Shown here: one piece after another, positions 24,816 to 31,109 of the stretch | Layout of the letters: every line of letters begins with the position of its first letter | Position numbering within the stretch: position 1 is the stretch's first letter | IMG/VR virus record: IMGVR_UViG_3300034815_000064 | Coordinates: 1-33,915 of that record | Reading direction: 5' to 3' (one strand) | Origin: a virus | Lineage: Duplodnaviria; Caudoviricetes | DNA: 33,915 nt | Notes under the pieces: model-generated | Seen by the model: only the letters and a program-made list of their open reading frames with translations | Databases searched by the model: none | Told to the model about the DNA's origin: nothing | Program-made: the position numbers and the translations under genes

Positions 24816-25157
24816 ATGAGTGACGGAGCAACTGAGATGCTTAAGGAAGAGGGAACTAAACACGATAAGTATAAACCCAGGCTTGATCTTATCCCCGTCA
24901 GCGCGCAACTCGAGGAGGCCGAGGTCTTGGCTTTCGGGGCAGAGAAGTATGGGGAGCATAACTGGCGCAAAGGAATGGCGTGGTCACGCCCCTACGCCGC
25001 CGCGCTTCGACATCTTCTCGCTTGGGGCGAAGGCGAGGATCTCGACCCAGAGTCAGGGATTTCCCACCTTGCTCATGCGAGGTGTAATCTGGGTTTTCTA
25101 CTCGAATACCTAAAGTCCCACCCTGAACTTGATGATCGCCCTGGGGTTGTCAAATGA
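24816..25157 (+). CDS. dATP/dGTP diphosphohydrolase domain protein (DUF5664)
   Basis: GTKHD..KPRLDLIP...VLAFGAEKYG..NWRKG...AALRHL..W..GED.DPESG..HLAHA.CN. Confidence 0.9.
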   Translation: MSDGATEMLKEEGTKHDKYKPRLDLIPVSAQLEEAEVLAFGAEKYGEHNWRKGMAWSRPYAAALRHLLAWGEGEDLDPESGISHLAHARCNLGFLLEYLKSHPELDDRPGVVK

Positions 25158-25402
25158 AATCCGTAGGCCAATCGCGCCGCGCGTCCCTCGCCGAGGCTGC
25201 GATCAACATCCTAATCGGTTACTGGGTTGCCTTTCTTTCCCAGGTCGTTATCTTTCCCCTCTACGACATTCACGTCAGTCTGAGAACGAACCTCGCCATC
25301 GGTCTTTGGTTCACCGTTATCTCGCTCGTCCGGGCATACGGCCTCCGCCGCTTGTTCAACCGGATTCACTTGCATCATTACTTACAGGAGCACATCAAAT
25401 GA
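25154..25402 (+). CDS. Small two-TM membrane protein (DUF7220-like)
   Basis: QSRRASLAEA..N..IG...FP...N..I...FT..S..R.Y..RR.F. Confidence 0.75.
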   Translation: MKSVGQSRRASLAEAAINILIGYWVAFLSQVVIFPLYDIHVSLRTNLAIGLWFTVISLVRAYGLRRLFNRIHLHHYLQEHIK

Positions 25403-25575
25403 GCGTTCCCTTTATTGTTTGTCCTTGCCTATCGGGGGAGCCACCCTTCCTCGTTGTCTCCGAAAAGGAAGCTGAGAACTATGTCAAAACCGAGGAGTAC
25501 TACGCGATACGCCTCGACGACAGGGCGATTATGGTAAGCCCAGGTGAGTATGAAGAAATGGAGACAAAAGAATGA
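25399..25575 (+). CDS. Small hypothetical protein
   Basis: AGGAG RBS with ATGA overlaps on both sides. Confidence 0.6.
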   Translation: MSVPFIVCPCLSGEPPFLVVSEKEAENYVKTEEYYAIRLDDRAIMVSPGEYEEMETKE

Positions 25576-26876
25576 AGCTCATCCCCCTTTCCTCCCTCGT
25601 TATCCCAGACAATCGGCAGCGTAAGGAGTTCCCGCCAGCCGCTCTTGAGGAACTCAAGCGCTCAATCCTAACCAAGGGTCTTATGCATCCCCCTGTCGTT
25701 CGCAACGACGGGGTGACGCTTGTTGCTGGCGAGCGCCGTACCCGCGCCATTACCGAACTCACCCTCTCCGGCGAAACCTTTTTCTGCAACGGCGTCCTTG
25801 TGGGCGAGGGGAATATCCCCGTCACGCTTCTGTCCGACCTACCCCCCCTCGCCCTGCGCGAGGCCGAACTCGAGGAGAATATATTCCGTGTCGATTTACT
25901 CTGGCAAGAAAAGGCTGCCGCTATTGCTGACCTCCATGCACTCCGAACCGCTCAGGCGGCAACTCTGGGAGCCTTCCACACCATCACCGATACCGCTACT
26001 GAAATTACAGGTTCCGCTGCCAAGGGTTCCGACATCACCTCCACGCACGAGGCGATTCTCCTTTCCCAGCATTTGCAAGACAGCGAAGTAGCCGGCGCAA
26101 AGACCCAGAAGGAGGCCATCAAGATCCTCCGCAAAAAGAAAGAGGCAGCGCATCGGGCCATTCTCGCCGCAGGCATCGACATGTCAGCCGTCCGTCACGA
26201 TCTCCGCTGCGGTTCCATGACCGACCTGATCCTTACCCTGCCTTCCGAGTCCTTCGACTGCATCCTCACCGACCCACCTTACGGCGTCAACGCCGACTCC
26301 TTCGGAGACATGGCCTCGACTGGCCATAACTACAAAGACGACTGGGAAACCGCGCATGAACTTTATAAGATCCTTGCCTCTGAGGGCTTTCGCGTTGCGA
26401 AAAGCGAGGCCCACGCGTACGTCTTCTGTGATTTCGCGCGCTTCCCTGAAGTTTCGCTCACCTTCGCGCTTGCCGGCTGGGAAGTCTGGCCTCGCCCGAT
26501 CATCTGGGACAAGGGCAACGGTATGCTCCCTCGCCCGGAACATGGCCCTCGGTACACCTACGAGACAATACTCTTTGCTTCTAAGGGGGGCAAGCGCACG
26601 CTCTGCGTTAAGTCGGACATCATCCGCGTTCCAGGGGATGGAAAACTCTTACACGGCGCACAGAAACCCGTCGCACTTTACGAAGACCTCCTATCTCGCT
26701 CATGTTTGCCCGGAGCTACTGTCCTTGATCCTTTTGGCGGATCAGGCCCGCTGATCCCTGCTGCGAATTCGAGGAAACTCACGGCCACCCTGTTCGAACT
26801 CATCCCTTCGAATTTCGACATCTGCCTTTCCCGCCTGGAGGAAACCCCTTCCTTTCCAGAACTACCCAATATATGA
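25572..26876 (+). CDS. ParB-N domain fused to an N6A/N4C DNA methyltransferase (beta class)
   Basis: N-terminal NRQRK...GLMHPPVV...LVAGERR...ELEEN..R. C-terminal ILTDPPY, IIWDK, H..QKP and VLDPFGGSG. Confidence 0.9.
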   Translation: MKLIPLSSLVIPDNRQRKEFPPAALEELKRSILTKGLMHPPVVRNDGVTLVAGERRTRAITELTLSGETFFCNGVLVGEGNIPVTLLSDLPPLALREAELEENIFRVDLLWQEKAAAIADLHALRTAQAATLGAFHTITDTATEITGSAAKGSDITSTHEAILLSQHLQDSEVAGAKTQKEAIKILRKKKEAAHRAILAAGIDMSAVRHDLRCGSMTDLILTLPSESFDCILTDPPYGVNADSFGDMASTGHNYKDDWETAHELYKILASEGFRVAKSEAHAYVFCDFARFPEVSLTFALAGWEVWPRPIIWDKGNGMLPRPEHGPRYTYETILFASKGGKRTLCVKSDIIRVPGDGKLLHGAQKPVALYEDLLSRSCLPGATVLDPFGGSGPLIPAANSRKLTATLFELIPSNFDICLSRLEETPSFPELPNI

Positions 26877-27106
26877 GTACAGTCTATGTTATATATCACG
26901 AGGGGGGAGTCTGGGAGGAACTCGACTGCTCTCCCTACGCGATAAAGAAGGCTTATTTATCCTCTGGATACTTCGGGGAAATCAGAGATCGGCAAGGAAA
27001 AGTGCACCGTATAGCCGCCCTGCACCAAAAGGGTAAACAGGTATATGACTTCATACTAAAGCGGTACGGTTATTACCCATGGAGAGATTACGTAGACCCG
27101 ACTTGA
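26873..27106 (+). CDS. Small hypothetical protein
   Basis: ATGA overlap, 77 aa, AT-richer than its neighbours. Confidence 0.55.
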   Translation: MSTVYVIYHEGGVWEELDCSPYAIKKAYLSSGYFGEIRDRQGKVHRIAALHQKGKQVYDFILKRYGYYPWRDYVDPT

Positions 27107-27156
27107 CTATCTGAACCCGCCCATGCCATACTAACCCCCTACCAAAAGGCATACTC

Positions 27157-29574
27157 ATGATAACAATAAAGGGCTCCGGCCCCGTTCCCGCAAAGGTAAT
27201 GCTCATCGGCGATTTCCCTGGAGTCGAGGACGAGAAGAAACAAGAACCCTTCGCGGGGCAGGCCGGAGAAGTCCTGACCAAGATGCTTCACGAGGCAGGC
27301 TTCCTCCGTTCTGAACTCTACATAACCTACCTTTGCAAGCATCGCCCCTTCGCCTCGCAAGCCAAGTACGAGTTCACCGCGAAGAAAAAAGAAGGCCTTT
27401 TGATCAAGGACTTTAAGTTCGTCCAGGGAATGTACTGCTCCCCGGCCTTCCTTGAGTCCTGCGATAGCATCCAGTCCGAGATCGAAGCCGTCAACCCGGG
27501 TCTCATCATCACACTCGGCGAAGCCCCTCTATGGTATCTCACCGCCGAGACCGGGATAACCAAGTGGAGAGGTTCAATTCTCAGCACGCCTAACGGAACC
27601 AAGCTCATCCCTACATTCTCCCCTTCCCAAATCATGAAGGTCTGGGAATGGCGCCCCTTCATGGTTCGCGACCTTCAAAGGGCAAAGGACGAGTCCGCCT
27701 TCCCGGAAACCCGCACCCCTCCGTACTCGCTAAAAATCCGCCCTACCTTTCGCGAAGCTATGAACGCCCTGCAGATCCTAATCCAGCGGGCAAACGGTTC
27801 ACCAACCCCACTCCCAGTGGCCTCTGACATCGAGACCATAGCCCGGCACATCGCCTGCGTGGGTTTCGCATGGAGCCCCCTCGACGCCATCTGTATCCCC
27901 ATCATGCTCCACGGAGCGCACTACTTCCCTCTCGACGAAGAGATCGAGATCATACTGAAAATGCGCGAGGTTCTCACCCACCCGAACATCAAGATCATCG
28001 GGCAGAACTGGTCCTACGACACACAGCACTTCGTCCGGCACTGGGGATTCCGTCCCCGCTGCGACTTCGACACCATGCTGGCGCAACACGTTTGCTTCCC
28101 CGGCATCCCCAAGGATCTCGGTTTTCTCGCCTCGATGTATTGTTCCCACTTCGTTTACTGGAAAGACGAACTCACCGACTATCACAAGATGCCAGAGGAC
28201 ATTGAGAAATTCTGGCTTTACAACGCGAAGGACTGCGTGAACACCTGGGAAATCCATCAAGTCCTCGGCAACGTCATCCACTCCCTGAACCTTCAACCCC
28301 AGTTCGACTTCCTCATGCGCTTGAACCGTCATGTCATCACTATGATGATTCGCGGAGTTCGTATCGACCGCAAGGTCAAGGATGCCCTGGGCCTCGAACT
28401 CCTCACCGTCATGTGCGAGCGCGAGGAAGCGATCGAATACATGCTTGGCCGCCCGATCAACATCGGCAGCCCAAAGCAAATGCAGGAACTCTTCTACGAA
28501 GAAATGGGGTTCAAGCCCGTTCTGCACAAGAAGACGAAGCAACCCACTACCGATGACAACGCGATCCAGACCCTTGCCGTTCGCGAACCCTTACTCCGTC
28601 CGGTCGTAGACCTTATTTCCGAAACCCGGTCTATCGGAGTTTTCCTCTCCACCTTCGTCCAGATGCCTCTCGACAAGGACTTGCGGATGCGCTCCTCCTT
28701 CAACGTAGGCGGAACGGAGACCTTTCGGTTCTCCTCCTCCAAGGATGCCTTCGGCTCCGGCGGTAACCTTCAGAATATTCCGAAGGGCGACGAGGACAAG
28801 GCCCACGACCCACACGCCTTCGTTCTTCCTAACATCCGCAAGCTTTTCATCCCTGACCCCGGCATGACGCTGTTCGACGTTGACCTCGCTGGCGCCGATG
28901 CGCAGGTCGTAGCCTGGGAAGCCGAGGATGACGACCTCAAGGCCAAGTTCCGCTCGGGGCAAAAAATTCACGCCCTTAACGCAAAGGACATCTACGGCGC
29001 GGACGCAGGGCCTGACGGCAAGCGCGAGCCTTACTACAAAAAGGCCAAGATGGGGTGTCATCTCAGTAACTATGGCGGCAAGCCCGCGACCTTATCCAAA
29101 GCCCTCGGCATGACAATCCACGAAAGTGAACTCTTTCAGCGCCGCTGGTTCTCCGCACACCCCGGCATCCTCGAGTGGCATCGCCGGACTGAGAACGACC
29201 TCATGACCACACGCTCCGTTCGCAACAAGTTCGGCTTCCGTCGCTTCTACTTCGAGCGCATGGAGAACCTTCTCCCGCAAGCCCTTGCCTGGATTCCTCA
29301 GTCCACAGTCGCCCTTGTCATTAACAACGCCCTTTGCAAGATTTCCGAAACCTCTACTGATCTTGAACTCCTCCTTCAAGTCCACGATTCCCTCGTCGGG
29401 CAATTCCCAACCCCGCAACTCCAGACCCTAATCCCTATCCTCTACCGATGCCTTCAAGTCACCATCCCCTACGACGACCCCCTTACCATCGGCACCTCGC
29501 TCGACCTCTCCACTAAGTCTTGGGGGGATTTGGAAGCAAGGAAATGGACAGAATTCCCGGGCGTAGTAATTTAG
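27157..29574 (+). CDS. Family A DNA polymerase with N-terminal family-4 UDG-like domain and 3'-5' exonuclease
   Basis: UDG-like GDFPG..D....PFAGQAG..L and IITLG. Exo motifs DIET, GQNWSYD and YNAKD. Pol motifs TFRFSS, NLQNIP, DLAGAD, AK...H..NYG and QVHDS. Confidence 0.95.
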   Translation: MITIKGSGPVPAKVMLIGDFPGVEDEKKQEPFAGQAGEVLTKMLHEAGFLRSELYITYLCKHRPFASQAKYEFTAKKKEGLLIKDFKFVQGMYCSPAFLESCDSIQSEIEAVNPGLIITLGEAPLWYLTAETGITKWRGSILSTPNGTKLIPTFSPSQIMKVWEWRPFMVRDLQRAKDESAFPETRTPPYSLKIRPTFREAMNALQILIQRANGSPTPLPVASDIETIARHIACVGFAWSPLDAICIPIMLHGAHYFPLDEEIEIILKMREVLTHPNIKIIGQNWSYDTQHFVRHWGFRPRCDFDTMLAQHVCFPGIPKDLGFLASMYCSHFVYWKDELTDYHKMPEDIEKFWLYNAKDCVNTWEIHQVLGNVIHSLNLQPQFDFLMRLNRHVITMMIRGVRIDRKVKDALGLELLTVMCEREEAIEYMLGRPINIGSPKQMQELFYEEMGFKPVLHKKTKQPTTDDNAIQTLAVREPLLRPVVDLISETRSIGVFLSTFVQMPLDKDLRMRSSFNVGGTETFRFSSSKDAFGSGGNLQNIPKGDEDKAHDPHAFVLPNIRKLFIPDPGMTLFDVDLAGADAQVVAWEAEDDDLKAKFRSGQKIHALNAKDIYGADAGPDGKREPYYKKAKMGCHLSNYGGKPATLSKALGMTIHESELFQRRWFSAHPGILEWHRRTENDLMTTRSVRNKFGFRRFYFERMENLLPQALAWIPQSTVALVINNALCKISETSTDLELLLQVHDSLVGQFPTPQLQTLIPILYRCLQVTIPYDDPLTIGTSLDLSTKSWGDLEARKWTEFPGVVI

Positions 29575-29587
29575 AATTACCCCTCCC
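29559..29587. repeat. 29-bp palindromic element, copy 5
   Basis: GGGCGTAGTAA-TTTAGAA-TTACCCCTCCC, overlapping the polymerase stop codon. Confidence 0.85.
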
Positions 29588-29607
29588 ATTAACTTATCGG
29601 ACTCTTC

Positions 29608-30813
29608 ATGAGCGAAAGAATACACAGCGACTTTCTAAAGGCCTTCGTCGAGTACGGTTCCTGCGGGGAGGCCCCACTCAAGATGCTATTCTGGACAGGC
29701 ATTGCCACAATCGCTGGGGCGCTACGCCGTCGCGTCTGGATCGACCAGCCCCATTATCAGTGGACTCCTAACTTCTACGTTATCCTCGTCGCGCCTCCCG
29801 GCGTCATCGCAAAGTCTACTACCGCCTCCATAGGCATGAATCTTCTGCGCGAGGTAGACGGTGTTAAGTTCGGCCCGGATGTCGTAACCTGGCAGGCCTT
29901 AGTCGAGACAATGGGTAACGCAACCGAGCTTGCCCTGAACCCCGCTACCGGCGAGTACCTCCCGATGTCCGCCTTAACCATTTCCTCAAGTGAATTCGGA
30001 ACATTCCTTGACCCGTCCGACCGAGGCATGGTGGATGCCTTAGTCTCCCTCTGGGACGGTCAGAAGGGGGTCTTCTCCAAGATTACAAAGTCCAACGGAA
30101 GTGACGCGGTGGAGAATCCTTGGCTTAACATTATCGCCTGTACAACCCCTGGCTGGATCGCGGGAAACTTCCCTGAATACATGGTCGGAGGAGGCTTCAC
30201 CTCCCGCTGCGTTTTCGTATATGCTGAGAAGAAAAGACAATTCGTGGCCTATCCTGACGAGTTCATCGACGAAGGTTTTCAGCAGAAACGCACTGACCTG
30301 ATCCACGATTTGGAAATGATCTCAACCATGATTGGGGAGTATGTTCTCCTCCCCGAGACAAGAGACTGGGGGCGCGACTGGTACGACCGGCATAATGCTA
30401 ACCGTCCCGAGAATCTCGACAATGACCGCTTCGGGGGCTACCTCGCTCGCAAGCAAACCCACGTTCACAAGCTCGCAATGGTTCTCGCTGCGGCCCAGTC
30501 GAACCACCTTCAAATCACTCCGGAGCATCTCCAGGCCGCCGACGCGATGATTACCGTTCTTGAGCAAGACATGCCGCGCGTTTTCTCCACCATTGGGCAG
30601 ACGGACAAAACCCGAGGCATGGCGGAGATCGTTGATCTCGTTTCCCGCTTCGGCAAGATCGAGCAGACCGCCCTTTACCGCAAGATGTTCCGCACAATGG
30701 ATCACAAGGACTTCGCGATTGCACTGAACTCCGGCGTAGCCGCTGGATTCCTCCACCTTGAGCAGCGCGGGAGAGAGGTCTTCATTCACACATCTCAAAG
30801 GAGTCCTTCATAA
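29608..30813 (+). CDS. DUF3987-like (MCM/AAA+-related) helicase-like protein
   Basis: PNFYVILVAPPGVIAKST, SSEFGTFL, LWDG, LNIIACTTP, GGFTSR and HKLAMVL, with a C-terminal winged-helix-like segment. Confidence 0.8.
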   Translation: MSERIHSDFLKAFVEYGSCGEAPLKMLFWTGIATIAGALRRRVWIDQPHYQWTPNFYVILVAPPGVIAKSTTASIGMNLLREVDGVKFGPDVVTWQALVETMGNATELALNPATGEYLPMSALTISSSEFGTFLDPSDRGMVDALVSLWDGQKGVFSKITKSNGSDAVENPWLNIIACTTPGWIAGNFPEYMVGGGFTSRCVFVYAEKKRQFVAYPDEFIDEGFQQKRTDLIHDLEMISTMIGEYVLLPETRDWGRDWYDRHNANRPENLDNDRFGGYLARKQTHVHKLAMVLAAAQSNHLQITPEHLQAADAMITVLEQDMPRVFSTIGQTDKTRGMAEIVDLVSRFGKIEQTALYRKMFRTMDHKDFAIALNSGVAAGFLHLEQRGREVFIHTSQRSPS

Positions 30814-31109
30814 TGGCGTATCACGTTCTCCGCCTTTGCATTAAGAAACTCGGTTACTGCTGCCCCCATGCCTATTTCACCGCAGTCATCAACGTCCCAA
30901 CCGGCGACATAGCAAAGGAACTTGGAATCCACAAAAGAACAGCCCGTTATTGGCGGGCTGCGTTCCGTGACGGGAAAGTCCTTTGTCAGTCTAATCGCCT
31001 GTGCTATCGTTCCGCACCAGACCCTCAATTTCCCGATCAATCGGGGCAAACTTCCTTACCCCGGATAGACCATGTTCCTCTCTTGATACTGCCTTTTGAC
31101 GAGACTTGA
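30813..31109 (+). CDS. Small Cys-rich HTH-like protein
   Basis: TAATG coupling. TGDIAKELGIHKRTARYWR looks like an HTH, flanked by Cys residues. The 3' end overlaps the convergent gene. Confidence 0.6.
   Translation: MAYHVLRLCIKKLGYCCPHAYFTAVINVPTGDIAKELGIHKRTARYWRAAFRDGKVLCQSNRLCYRSAPDPQFPDQSGQTSLPRIDHVPLLILPFDET

Noticed and set aside
24816-25157. dATP/dGTP hydrolase as a sign of a 2-aminoadenine (Z) or deazaguanine genome
   Set aside because: No PurZ or Que/Dpd genes are in the window, and DUF5664 alone is widespread.
25154-25402. Two-TM protein as a holin
   Set aside because: It sits in the DNA metabolism operon with no adjacent endolysin and matches a different small membrane family.
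5855-29587. 29-bp palindromes as CRISPR repeats or dif sites
   Set aside because: The copies are kilobases apart. The spacer is 7 bp and there is no XerD arm (TTATGTTAAAT).
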